Assembly (NCBI GenBank): GCA_034226945.1
Contig: CP120455.1
Span: 558,001-622,000, forward strand
Source of the DNA: Picochlorum sp. SENEW3
Taxonomy: Eukaryota
Direction: 5' to 3'
DNA length: 64,000 nucleotides
Numbering within the stretch: the first letter of the stretch is position 1; every line of letters starts with the position of its first letter. The notes below the pieces were generated by a model, which was not told the DNA's origin, ran no database searches, and saw only the letters and a program-made list of their open reading frames with translations. Below are positions 49,779 to 61,611 of this stretch, one piece after another. The translations under genes and the position numbers were made by a program.

Positions 49779-49905
49779 TCTGTAATTCAACACAATAAAA
49801 AAGTACGACCCTAAATCGCACCAACATTCTGCAGCAATTTGCTGAAATTCACTGTTCCACTGTTCCACTGTTCCACCTGGATTCTGTAATTAAACACAAT
49901 AAATA
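49779..49905 (+). repeat. Short direct repeats (TTCTGTAATT-x-AACACAATAAA x2) around tandem CACTGTTC x3
   Basis: Read directly at ~49778-49799, ~49850-49876 and ~49882-49903. Confidence 0.7.
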
Positions 49906-50000
49906 AAAAATCGTGACCACCCTATGGACAGTCAGGACCCTTTTCTTGTCACGATCTAAAAATATGTAAAAGTCTTAGTAAAAAAATTTGCAGTATTATT

Positions 50001-50960
50001 ATGGATCATATAATACAACAAATCGAAGACGCACTGGTCTCTTTATCCAGGTGTAAGGAACAGGATCAAGAAGCGGACATTGCGCAGTTCGTTCGGACAT
50101 TGCGCACGGAAGGCTTTGTTGTCATTGAACGATCGATATTTCATGGAAAAGAACATAATCCTGCTTTAGATGACGAACCACTGCTGGTGAAAGAAGGTGT
50201 GTGGATGTGTGTTCGAAAAGGGGACATCGCATTGAACATTCACGCGAACGATACCCGAATCGCCATGCATTCCATACATTGGGACAACACCACATGTCAT
50301 TTGACATTGGAAGAAGAACAGGAAATACTCTCCCTGCAGGATATGTCGAATGCCGACTGGGGTATCATAGACGAGCGATCACGGACATTGTTGGATGCCA
50401 TAGACCAGCGCACTGGAACACCCCCACGGAACAGAAAGACAATGGAAACTGTAGAAGATATACCAACAGTGGAAGAATTGGAAAGGAAACTTGCACGATT
50501 GCGTGACATGGCCTGGCAAGACTCTCCCATTCCATCTGCCGGCACGATATTGCGGTACGAACAAAACTATGAGAATGCCCGTCGGAAAACGGAAGGTGTC
50601 AAACGCAAATTTGAGGAAGCCCTCCTGAGGAAGCATGCAGCAATGAGAGATGACCACCTCACCATCGCATCCATCCGTGAGTGTCGTCAATACCAGCAGG
50701 AATACCAATCATCGAGGGAAGACGAATTAGAAGCACAATCCAAGTTACATGATGCGTTGCGTGCCAAAAGGATGAAACCTATCCACGACTTCCAACAAGC
50801 CTTTGCACCCACCAGGATTGGAGAAGTTGAAGAGAGCCTGACACAAGCCAGAGGAACCTTGGAACAGATTGATAGGATCGGTAAGGTCCAAGACATTCGA
50901 AGCAGCACATTCGTGGATTTGACTGTGACCAGTTCGGATGATGAATCGATGGTGATGTAA
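50001..50960 (+). CDS. Intronless coiled-coil hypothetical protein (virus-like) with a C-terminal SIM-like motif
   Basis: 319-aa ATG-initiated ORF after an AT-rich leader; ends FVDLTVTSSDDES. Confidence 0.65.
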   Translation: MDHIIQQIEDALVSLSRCKEQDQEADIAQFVRTLRTEGFVVIERSIFHGKEHNPALDDEPLLVKEGVWMCVRKGDIALNIHANDTRIAMHSIHWDNTTCHLTLEEEQEILSLQDMSNADWGIIDERSRTLLDAIDQRTGTPPRNRKTMETVEDIPTVEELERKLARLRDMAWQDSPIPSAGTILRYEQNYENARRKTEGVKRKFEEALLRKHAAMRDDHLTIASIRECRQYQQEYQSSREDELEAQSKLHDALRAKRMKPIHDFQQAFAPTRIGEVEESLTQARGTLEQIDRIGKVQDIRSSTFVDLTVTSSDDESMVM

Positions 50961-50984
50961 AAAAAATCTGTCCCCTCATAGTAC

Positions 50985-51161
50985 ATGAGCAACCTGAACA
51001 TTGAAGACCTCAAAAGGAAAATACGGCCTGCTGTCGAGAGTTTGATCGATTTTAATGGAATCGACGAATCAATCAGGAAAAGGATAGCATCGCATGATTC
51101 ATTGACCATATTTGATGTTAGATCATTGGTACTACTACTCACACTGGAGGATCACCAGTAG
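50985..51161 (+). CDS. Small hypothetical protein (58 aa)
   Basis: Starts MSNLNIEDLKRKIRP, 24 nt after the previous stop, behind the leader AAAAAAATCT..ATAGTAC. Confidence 0.35.
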   Translation: MSNLNIEDLKRKIRPAVESLIDFNGIDESIRKRIASHDSLTIFDVRSLVLLLTLEDHQ

Positions 51162-51286
51162 GTGGTAATGATAAACACAACAATTCATTCAGATTGATCG
51201 ATTGATTTTATTTCTATTCTTTGATTCTTTCTTTTGATTGTAAGAAGAAGAGCATTTGGAAGAAGAAAAAGAGCGTTGCATGCCTC

Positions 51287-52950
51287 ATGGTGAGACGACG
51301 GAGAAAACAGCCTCAGCAACCATTGCAGGTGGGTCGCACAGGATTTCACTTATAGATATATCCTTTTTTTAATGTGCTAGATCTAGCATGGGGTATGTCT
51401 AGTTTGAAAAGAGGGAAGCATTGAAAAAGAATTTCCTCACAAATGCCCATGCTTGTGTGTTTTTGTTTTTTTTTAATATTCTTCTCTATATATAGCGATT
51501 CATATACCCTCTTGACTTTACTCAATATATGTACATATAAAACCATGAATGAATGAATGAATATCTGTCTGTGCAGAAGGCGAAGAAGAAACCACAGAGT
51601 AGTGGTAGTTCCACTGCTGCTCCTCAAGCAGTTCCTTCGGTATGGATGCCAGCGACAGGAGGGGCGTTGCAGGAGGATGAAGAGTTGCAGTATGATCCTA
51701 CAGCATACGATTGTATGGCGTCTTTGACGTTGGAATGGCCGAGTTTGAGTTTTGATATTATGAGGGATGGGTTGGGTGATGATCGGCGAGAGTTTCCTCA
51801 TTGCTTGAGTTTTGTGGCGGGGACGCAGGCGGGGTCTGCGAAATTAAATCATCTTGCGGTGGTTCGAGTGACAAATTTACACAAGAGTAAGGCTGCAAAG
51901 AAGACTGAAGACGAAGAAGAAGATGATGATGATGTGGTGATGATGAGTGAGGATGACAATGACGATGAGGAGGAGGAGGCTGTGGATGCGGTGCTGCATG
52001 TGAGAAAGATTGCGCATACAATGGGTGGGATTAATAGAGTGAGAGCCATGCCCCAGAATGGGTGTATTGTGGCGTCCTGGTCGGATACTGCACAGGTGCA
52101 GACATGGGATGTGTCATCATTGTATGAAGAGCTTGTGCAGGAAGGCACTGATGATGCGGGACAGAACGCGTCGAATAATGCAAAGAGTAGTAGAATGAAT
52201 TCGCTGCGTGCGCTCCAGGTACATGGTCATGCTATGGAAGGGTATGCGTTGGATTGGTCGCCATGTGTGGCTGGGCGGTTGGCCAGTGGGGATTGTCGTG
52301 CTGGGATTCATGTGTGGGAGCCTGTGAATGGTGGTAAATGGACTGTCGGTGGGGCTATTAAAGGACACACGGCATCTGTTGAAGATATTCAGTGGTCACC
52401 AGGAGAGCCTACGGTGTTTGCGTCTGCATCTGTGGATAAAACAGTGAAGATTTGGGATACAAGGGACACCTCTCGTGGGGCCATGATTACCTTTACAGCA
52501 CACGATACTGACGTGAATGTGATTTCATGGAATAGACAGACAATGTATATGTTGGCATCAGGAGGAGATGATGGGACGATGCGGGTATGGGATTTAAGAA
52601 CAATGTCGCAGCAGGAGACACCATCCCCACCTGTTGCCAACTTTTCTCACCACAAAGGCCCAGTCACCTCAATAGAATGGTGTCCATATGAGGCATCGAT
52701 GCTTACAACAACATCATCAGATGATACGCTTGCAGTATGGGATTTAGCATTGGAGAGAGACCCAGAGGAGGAAGCTGCCTTGGCTCCAGACACAAATGTG
52801 GCCACACCAGAAGACTTGCCACCCCAACTGCTCTTTGTTCACGCAGGGCAAAAGGATATGAAAGAGGCACATTGGCATGGACAGATCCCTGGAATGATTC
52901 TGTCAACTGCCTCTGATGGATTCAATATATTTAAACCGTATAATGTGTAA
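51287..52950 (+). CDS. GRWD1: Glutamate-rich WD40 protein GRWD1/Rrb1
   Basis: Motifs LQYDPTAYD, EWPSLSFD, VAGTQA, GHTASVEDIQWSP and LPPQLLFVH. Probable first exon 51287-51328. Confidence 0.92.
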
Positions 52951-53190
52951 AGAGTAGATGCTGCTCAAGTGATTTTGAACTGCTCAATCTAGAGCTTGGC
53001 CAAGCATGATGCCATATACTATATGGCAATCCAGAGAACAGGTTGGGCAGCAAATATCATTAATTCTACTCATTTGTATCCCAATAAGCAATTTTTATAT
53101 ATATCAAATAGAGAAGCGACATTATTGTATCTCCTAGTTTTTCTTTTGGTGCATGGCGTTCGGCATTGAGCAGAAAGAAACACAAACACC

Positions 53191-56080
53191 ATGGTCAAGG
53201 CGTACCTGAGATACGAATTAGCCGATACATGGGGTATTATTGCCAGTAGATCAGATATATGCCACGATGCGTCAGGGAAATGTGTGTTTACAGCGTCTTT
53301 GGAGCGTGTTGCTGTGTGGGATGTCAAACAGGCAGTCTTGGTATGTTGATGCTTGGTGAACATTCTAGTATTTTCGGTATTCTGATACCCTTCTTGTAAT
53401 TTTTGAATGTAGTTGAGAACGTTGGATCCTCCTGAGACGCTGTCTGTGGGGAAGCGTCGACCAGTGACATGCATGGCAAGGTCACCAGTGTCTGAGCACT
53501 TGGCTGTGGGATACGGAGATGGATCGGTGCGTGGTTTTTTTATGGCATATACATATACATGTAAAGATCATCAATGACCTATTCGATGTGCAGATTCGGA
53601 TCTGGAATACTGCACGGTGGGAGTGTGAGTGTACTCTGACTGGCCATACAGGGGCTGTGACGTGTTTAGAATACTCGGGCAGTGGTGATCGGCTGGCATC
53701 TGGCTCTCAAGATACTGATATAGTTGTGTGGGATGTGTCTGCGGAAAGTGGGTTGTTTAAATTAAGAGGGCATAGGGGTCAAGTCACTGGGCTTGTATTT
53801 TTGACAGGGTCGAGTTATCTTGTGACGGTGTCAAAGGATGAACAGATTCGGGTTTGGGATTTGGATTCAGAAAGATGTGTTCAGACGGTCGTATGTCATG
53901 GGGGTGAATTGTGGAGTGTCAGCTTTGATAAAGAGAATGACAGGGTAGCTGTTGGTGCGTCTGATAGTCAGCTTCGAATATTCAAGGTTGATGGTTCGAA
54001 TGCGAGTCGTGTTTTGGAAGAGTATGGGAGTTTGAAACGCTCTACAGGGGATCGTGTGGCAAAGTGTGAGTACGTGGGAGGCGGTGACGCTGCATGTTTG
54101 GTCTGCCAAGGAGCAGGTAAAGTTGTTGATATTTGGAGGATTCGGTCAGAGAAGGAGGCAGAGAAGAGGAAGAAACGACGAGGAAAACGAAAGGAGGAAA
54201 AGAAGAAGAAGAAGAAGAATAGTAGCAAAGACAAGAAGGAGGAGGATGCCGATGACGAGGTACCAAAAGCAGCAGCAGCAGAAGAAGAACATGAGGAAGA
54301 AGAAGTAAAGGCCATGGATGAAGTTGAACTGATAGAAACAATCCGATGCAAGTCTAAAGTGGCCAGTTTCTCTGTTGATCCTTCACGCAATAAAAAAAAG
54401 TATATATTGCGAATTGTTTTTGTGACGTCACACAATGCCCTCGAGGTATGGGATGTGAAGAAGGTGGATGAGGATATTGAGAGTTCCAAACGTGCCACGA
54501 TTGATGGTCCTGGGCATCGATCCGATGTCAGATCTGTAGCGTTGAGTTCGGATGATTCTCTATGTGTATCTACATCGAATTCAGGAGTTAAAGTTTGGAA
54601 TCCAAAGAAAGGATTGTGCATTTGCAGCATAGAATCTGGGTATGGATTGTGTTCTTCCTTTGTACCAGGCAATAAGCATGCTATCGTGGGAACCAAGGAG
54701 GGCACCATTGAAATCTTAGATATTGGATCTTCTAGTAGACTTGAAGTGATTGATGCTCATGAAGGACCTGTTTGGTCGATATGCCTCCAGCCTGGTGGCT
54801 CTGGTTTTGTGTCTGGATCTGCAGACAAGACGATAAAGTTTTGGGAGTGGACTGTTGCGGAGGAGGACAATGGAGCATCTCATTTGTCTATTGAGTGTAC
54901 TCAGACTCTGACCATGTCGGATGATGTATTGCATGTCAAGTTCACACCGAATGGAGCTCTGCTGATTGCGTCATTGTTGGATTCGACAGTCAAGGTGTAC
55001 TTTGCAGACACGTTGAAATTTTTCCTCTCCCTGTATGGTCACAAACTTCCTGTTCTTACCATGGATGTGTCATCAGACTCGACACTGCTTGTTACTGGAT
55101 CCGCTGATAAAAACATAAAGATATGGGGGTTGGACTATGGTGATTGCCACAAGTCAATATTTGCACATGATGATAGCGTCATGTCTGTGGCATTTGTGCC
55201 GGGAACACACTATTTCTTCACTGCTGGGAAAGATGGATTGATAAAATACTGGGATGCCGACAAATTCGAACATCTGTTAGATTTGCCAGGTCATCACAGT
55301 GAGGTTTGGGCCATTGCTGTGTCTTCTTTGGGAGATTTTATTGTGAGTGGATCACATGATAGGTCCATTCGACGGTGGGAGAAAACTGAAGAGGCATTTT
55401 TCGTAGAGGAAGAGAAAGAAAAGAGACTTGAGTCGCTGTTTGAGGAAGATCTTGAAAGGAAACCGATAGGCGAGGAGGAAGAGCCACCTCCAGAGGATGG
55501 AGTATCAACAGTGGCTGGTAAAAAGACATTGGAAACTGTCAGTGCAGCAGATGCGATAGTCGAGGCTCTTGACATGGCTGCTGCGGAAGAAGAAAGAATT
55601 CAGGAATCAAGAAAAGCACTTGCAGAAGACGATTATGTCCCCAATCCTCTCCTTCTAGGCCTGTCTCCATCAGACTATGTTTTGAGGGCTGTAGGCCAGG
55701 TTCGAGGTGGCGATCTCCAGCAAGCTCTTTTGCTCGTCCCATTCCTTGATGCATTACGACTGTTAGAGTTCTGCTGCGACTGGCTCAAGCAATCGTCCAA
55801 TGTAGAACTCCTCGCTCGTGTCACCATTCTTCTATGCAGGGTCCATATGCACCAGCTGATGGCAACGCCATCAGCAAGAGCGACTCTCCTGCGACTCAAA
55901 GATCTACTTCACTCTCGTCTAGTAGACCTGAAAGATACATGGGGATATAATTCAGCGGCTATTGAATTCCTCAAGCGCCACATGCAGAATAACAAGAGGG
56001 GATCAATTGAGCTTGCCACCACATTGGAAGACCAACAGGCACACTTGGCTGCTGCTTTGAAACAAAGGAAAACATCATGA
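53191..56080 (+). CDS. WDR3: WDR3/Utp12/Dip2 SSU processome protein
   Basis: Starts MVKAYLRY; motifs FFLSLYGHKLPV and WGLDYGDCHKSIFAHDDS; Utp12 C-terminal domain; two 5' introns. Confidence 0.93.
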
Positions 56081-56094
56081 GGATATGAATATAA

Positions 56095-56886
56095 TTACAC
56101 GAGTTTTTTTAACATGGATCTCAACGACTTTCTCTGACGGACAGCCTCAAAGGACATGTCATTTGGCACAACCCCAGCATCCTGCATCCTGTCAATAATC
56201 TCCACTCCCCTCTCTTCATCATTCGTCTTACTACAGACCTCTAACAGAGTATTAAACGTCAACACGGTCGGCACTATTCCATATGTATGTTCCATTGTCG
56301 ACAGCATGGTGGCGATGGATGTCCACCGAGGAGGGTACTCATCTCCATATCCCCGTATCAGAACCATGAATGCCACCTCATCCGGTACCAGCAGCTCCCC
56401 GAACAACTCATCAAAGACATTCTCTGCCATTTCAATTTTATTTGATTTCACGCATGCATCCACCAACGCCGTCGCAGACAACGTATCTGGCTGCACACCC
56501 ATCCGAGCCATATTTGCTAATTCTTTGATAGCATCCTTCACCTTGCCCTGCCTTCCCAAATTCTTAATCCTCCGCGTCACCTCTGCTCGAATTCGAGTCA
56601 TATTCTCATCGTCATCAACGCTGACATCATTCTGTGACAGGGATCTCGCCATCACATCAATTCGTGTAGTATTATGTTGTAGCTTGTCTGGGCAACTAAA
56701 AACCGATGAGCAACTCACGTGTCCATGGACATGCATTCGCATCCATGCTGAATAAGTTTTATTCTTCATAGGCTGGATCATGGAATTGCTAGAAGAATGC
56801 TTGGAGCAACTTGCCCTTGTCGCCAGGACATGCACGTGTGGTTGTGGCTGGACATTCCAGCCACACTTGGAAGAGCAAGAGGGCAT
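56095..56886 (-). CDS. Pentatricopeptide repeat protein with transit-peptide-like N-terminus
   Basis: PPR-like repeats (GVQPDTLSATALVDAC, PDEVAFMVLIRGY, PTVLTFNTLLEVC). Confidence 0.85.
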   Translation of the reverse strand: MPSCSSKCGWNVQPQPHVHVLATRASCSKHSSSNSMIQPMKNKTYSAWMRMHVHGHVSCSSVFSCPDKLQHNTTRIDVMARSLSQNDVSVDDDENMTRIRAEVTRRIKNLGRQGKVKDAIKELANMARMGVQPDTLSATALVDACVKSNKIEMAENVFDELFGELLVPDEVAFMVLIRGYGDEYPPRWTSIATMLSTMEHTYGIVPTVLTFNTLLEVCSKTNDEERGVEIIDRMQDAGVVPNDMSFEAVRQRKSLRSMLKKLV

Positions 56887-57308
56887 TCTTCTGACCTACT
56901 ATATGTATTACTGTAGTAGTTTTCTTTAAATTTAATGCCATAGATTGGACTGATCGTGGATGGTGTCCGAGTATGTGACGAGATGGGTACCCATCAGACA
57001 TAGCGTCCGGTCAATTTGTCTGTCGAGCGACTTTGCTGCTTCCAATGGAGTTTACAACATGGATGTTTCTTTGCCACTTCAGGCAATCAGGAAACATACA
57101 AAAAAGATCAATACATGCTTGGTGTTTGGTACAACTCGTACAATGTGAGAATGCCTTGATCCATACACACAATTGGATTCTTCTTCTTCTTCTTCTTTCA
57201 AGATGGTCTGTTGAGATGAGGGAAATCCTCTTCAAAGGTACAGCGCTAATCTACTATACAAGATCTATGACGAGAGTCATACTGATGATTATTTGAGAAT
57301 GGCAAAGA

Positions 57309-59186
57309 TCACACAAAGGCCATGAGCATTGTGGCAAGAGCAGTGGCCACAGACGAGGCCAATATTGCTGATGCCCCACTGGCAGCTGCCGTTGTGTCTG
57401 TGGACTTGACTTGAGTTGTAGCTCCGACGGTTGGTAAACCAAATGCACCCTTTGGAATAGATGCATGGACACCCCAGTTTCCATCCACCACCTGTGTGAT
57501 GGCAAAGTCCACAGCAACAGTGATGGCTGTAATGGCCTGATCTTCTGTCATGTTTAATGTGTTCATCATCCAATCTCTGGTGTTGTTGTAGGCTACCGTC
57601 ATCGCCTTGTCAATGGAAGATTCGCCGTAAATAGTTGACATAGGATCTTCCAATTCCTCCAAATAGTCAGCATATGTGTACCCTTGGACCACCCATGTAT
57701 CAGCAGTTTCGATCAATGGATACTTCAACTCTTCCACAATGACAGGAAGGTCGTCTTTTTTATGGAGAGTCAGCTTGAATTTACCATTGATGCTGGTCTC
57801 GATACCTGTACCATCCAGCTCGGAATCTCCTTGGGCAGTGTGTGCATCACCAGCTGAAAGGAATGCCCCAGCTACTTCCACTGGAAGGAACAGCGTACTT
57901 CCAATACCGATTCTGCGGTTATCCATATTCCCTCCAGTCACCAAAGGTGGGACCGAGTCCACAGTCGAATCATACTTTGGAGCCAAACCAATGTTACCAA
58001 TGTGGAAATTGGCCGGTACTTTGAACAGACCTTTGATGGATGAATCTTCAGTGCCTGTTGGATGGGATGTAATCAGTCCAGGATAGTCATACCTCCCCCA
58101 TGTTTGAGATCCATTGACACATGGAATTTCATTTCCACTGAAGATTTGATCTGGATTACTCCAATCGAACTCGAATCCTGGAGCCGCTTCAGGCAGGGAC
58201 CCATTCAGGGTTGCACATGGGGTTGTGGGTCCTGGATACCCGGTTGGACCCCCAGCAAATCTGAATTGATAGTCTGGCACCGCATAGTAGTCTCCGTCTT
58301 CCTCAACGACTTCATAAATTGTGATGACTTCACGTGGATCGCCATCCAAAAAGCCCGCACGGAACTGATATCCCCACCATGCAGCAGCATTTGATCCTGG
58401 AGACATACGTCACGCGCAAAATGCATCAGTTGTTGACCTTTTCATGCGGCATTCTCAGCACTCATACATCACATGACTGTATATATTCTCAACATACCGT
58501 AGGTCTTTCCTGTCGAAGGATTTGCTCGTGGCTTCAAGTCCAAGATGTCAATTTGAAGAACATCTCCTGGTTCAGCTCCACATACATAAATTGGGCCAGT
58601 CATAACATGTACACCATCCCCAGAGCCAGACTTGCCCCTCATGTCAACATTTTGGCCTGATGATGCCCACTACATTGAGAAAAAATAAGACAACGGGTGA
58701 ATCAGTATCGAATGTTAGAACACCAATTCCTGACAGGCACATCAACACCGTGACATACCTGGTAAATATCCTCAACACCAGGATCTCCTTTGATCATCTT
58801 GTCATAATCATCTCCAGCATGATGTGTGATCATTTCAATATCAATGATATCTCCCGAGGACGCCACAAGGTTTGGCTCCACCCCATTGAAGAAATATCCC
58901 CAGTGTACTGTACTGGCATTTGCCACCAGAGAAAGCTCTTGGCCACCACTGATGTCCTTGCATGATTCTGGAACATCAATGTCACTGCAAAGAAATTCAA
59001 AAATGATATCAAGATTCAACAGGTGCGAATTCGTAGTAGGGTGCACATGGTTGCCCTAGGGCAACCACAGGCCTGTGCCCCTAGGGTCTAAGTGTTAAGA
59101 TTCATGAACGTCACGTACGCTGCAAACCCCGTTGATAGCAATGATACAAGAAGACATAGTCTCCAAAAGAGTTTGGAAACTTGCAT
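57309..59186 (-). CDS. Acetamidase/formamidase (FmdA/AmdA family), secreted with a GPI-like tail
   Basis: Motifs TVHWGYF, GGNMDNRRIGIG and AGDAHTAQGDSELDGTGIETS. First exon MQVSKLFWRLCLLVSLLSTGFA is a signal peptide. Hydrophobic C-terminus. Confidence 0.88.
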
Positions 59187-59996
59187 CGCGTGAAAAACTC
59201 GACTGGCGGGAGACATGATGGAAAATTGTGCACAAGGGTAACCCTAGAGAGACTTGAGACTGGCAGTAGAATCCTTTGCGTTTGAAGACCACCGCAAAGT
59301 TTTTTGGAATCAATATGTTTTTCTTCCTCAGGAAAAAACCCTAGTTGAATGAATAGTAATATGAACAATTAATTAATGTAACGCCGTCTCACCACCGGTG
59401 GCATCAAGATTTGATTGAGCATATCCCTTGGATGCATGGCTAGCCATGTGGTCATGTTCTTCTTGCTCATTGGATTAGTAGTAGCATTATGGATTTCAAG
59501 GAGAGATTCTTCAATCGTATGTATCCAGTGAAAGGAAAAGAATAGACGAAACAGGAGCATAAGATATATACATACAGAGAGACAGAGCTGCCAAAGACAT
59601 GACCCGGGTGTGAGCAATTGCTTGCAAGCATCGATCGATGATCGCGATCATCGATTGCTTCAATCGTCAATTGAAGCCTTTGCAAAGGGAAGCATCACTC
59701 CATCAGAAGCAAACACATCCGCCAGTACTCCATCATGGCCTCGATCCCCCTTCAAATAGACCAATTATTATTTAAACATCGGAAAAACCAAGAGATCTTC
59801 ACCGTACTATCAACGGTGAGGAACGCCATCGGATTCGCACATGTCTGTGCATGGTTGAAATTTGTTCTAGTTGTCGCAGTCCTCTTGTGCAAATACCACA
59901 TCATACCATTCGCATTACATTTTTAAACAAATCATCTCTGTTTGAATTAATGGCCCTGAGTATAGAATAGGGTGCGGTTCGAAGCGACAACAAAGC

Positions 59997-60350
59997 ATGT
60001 CATTCTTCAGTGCAGCCAGAGTCAAGGAACTCTTCAGAAAGTACGGTAAAGTAGCATTAGGGGTACACATTGGTGTCTATACTACGTTTCTAGCAGGATG
60101 TTATATAGCAGTGGATCAAAAGATGGATGTACGAAGCGCTCTGATTCATATGGGGCTTATGAGGGAACCTCAAGAAGGTGAGGAGCCAGGATGGCTGGAT
60201 AAATCTTTGTCGGGAGGAGGATCCACCATCGTCTTGGCAATCATCTGTAACAAGGCCTTGTTTCCTATCCGTACGCCTTTAACTCTCGGCCTAACCCCCT
60301 ATGTAGCCAGGTTTTTGAGACGAAAAGGGATGATCAAGCCACATGCGTAG
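59997..60350 (+). CDS. DUF1279/FAM210-like small membrane protein
   Basis: Motifs KELFRKYGKVALGVH and CNKALFPIRTPLTLGLTP. Confidence 0.8.
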   Translation: MSFFSAARVKELFRKYGKVALGVHIGVYTTFLAGCYIAVDQKMDVRSALIHMGLMREPQEGEEPGWLDKSLSGGGSTIVLAIICNKALFPIRTPLTLGLTPYVARFLRRKGMIKPHA

Positions 60351-60682
60351 TAATGTGTATAGTTTTCTTCATCCTTCATATGTGATGATGATGACAACAA
60401 TGTAAAGATGAGTGATCTTGTTTTATTTTCCTGTTCAACCATGACGATGGTATTGAACAGTGTGTTGTATTCTACATGAAGAGTGCTTTCCAGATGACTC
60501 GAGCCTCTACTTACTATTACTACTTTTGGCCATATGCACATGATGCCATGATGAGAAAAAAGGGAGGCAGTCAACATCGGCGATCATGCTGAAATCAAAA
60601 TGATTTACGCCGTGTGTACATTCATATCATAATTGTTGAGTTTTATTTGTAGACTACAAACAGGATATCGGAGTAGTGTATC

Positions 60683-61524
60683 ATGGCAACGGGTTTTGGT
60701 ATTTTTCAGCAGCAAGGAGCAGCAACTGCAACTCCTTCAGAGGGAGGCAATGCTGACAAAAAGGCCAAGCTTGCGGCAAAAATCACCGCATTAAATGATC
60801 AGTTTTTAAAGTACGTCCTATCAGAGTGAGATCTCTGCTGTGTACGTCTTTTCAACGATTCTTCTTGTGTTGCAGATGGGTGCAGGGTCAGAATACAAAG
60901 GAATTGTGGCTGGATGGGGTCGAAGACTATATAGAATATGCTAAAGAAATTACGAAAGAATTCAAGGATGTGATTGATGGCAAAGAACCAGAGAAGAAGC
61001 CTGTGACTAGTGGCTTTTTTGATTTTACTGCTCCTCAAGCAAGTGGTGCTCCTCCGCCTACAATCGGTACTGGGGCGATACCAGCGACAACTCCTAGTAC
61101 TGCTGATAACGATGATGAGCAACAGCAGCAGAATGAGGATGAGGATGAGCTGGTGGTGGACACCAGTAAAGCAGATGTTCTCTACTCCATGAAACTACAT
61201 CTTTTAACGCAGGATGCAGCATCCAAGAAGTGGAAGGATAAAGGAACTGGAATATTCTCTCTTCGACAGAGCAAGCCAAGTAGTGAAGGGGAAAAGGCAG
61301 TGTCGTACATTGTGTTTGCTGCAACATCAGGCAAGGTGTTGATTAATGCACCAGTGGTGAAGGGCTTGAAGCCAATGATCAATCCAAAGTCGCCTGCCAA
61401 TGTCGTCATGTTCTTGATATCAAAAGAGGAGGATGGAAGTGAGAAGAAGGAGATGCATTTGTTCAAATGCGGCAGTCCTGACGTGGCCAAGGAGGTGGTG
61501 GCAAAAGTGAGCGAACAAGCATGA
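60683..61524 (+). CDS. Nup50-like protein with RanBP1 (Ran-binding) domain
   Basis: ALNDQFLKWV..DYIEY helix and a WKDKGTG..GKVLIN Ran-binding domain. Intron 60811-60875. Confidence 0.75.
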
Positions 61525-61611
61525 TGAGTACAATGATTATTTTGTTTCTTGCCCTCCATGCATCTATCTATGTAATAACTGATATTAAAAAATCATTCTG
61601 TATATATTTAC

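Noticed and set aside
44255..49785. Target-site duplication for the MULE
   Set aside because: The flanks (CTACAGTCC vs CCTACTTCT) share only ~4 nt, so there is no convincing 8-10 bp TSD.
49779..49905. Short spaced repeats as a CRISPR-like array
   Set aside because: There are only two copies plus a tandem 8-mer, in a eukaryotic context with no cas genes.
42382..51136. 14-bp match TCATTGGTACTACT near both ends of the virus-like segment
   Set aside because: Several matches of this length are expected by chance in 64 kb, and both copies lie inside ORFs.
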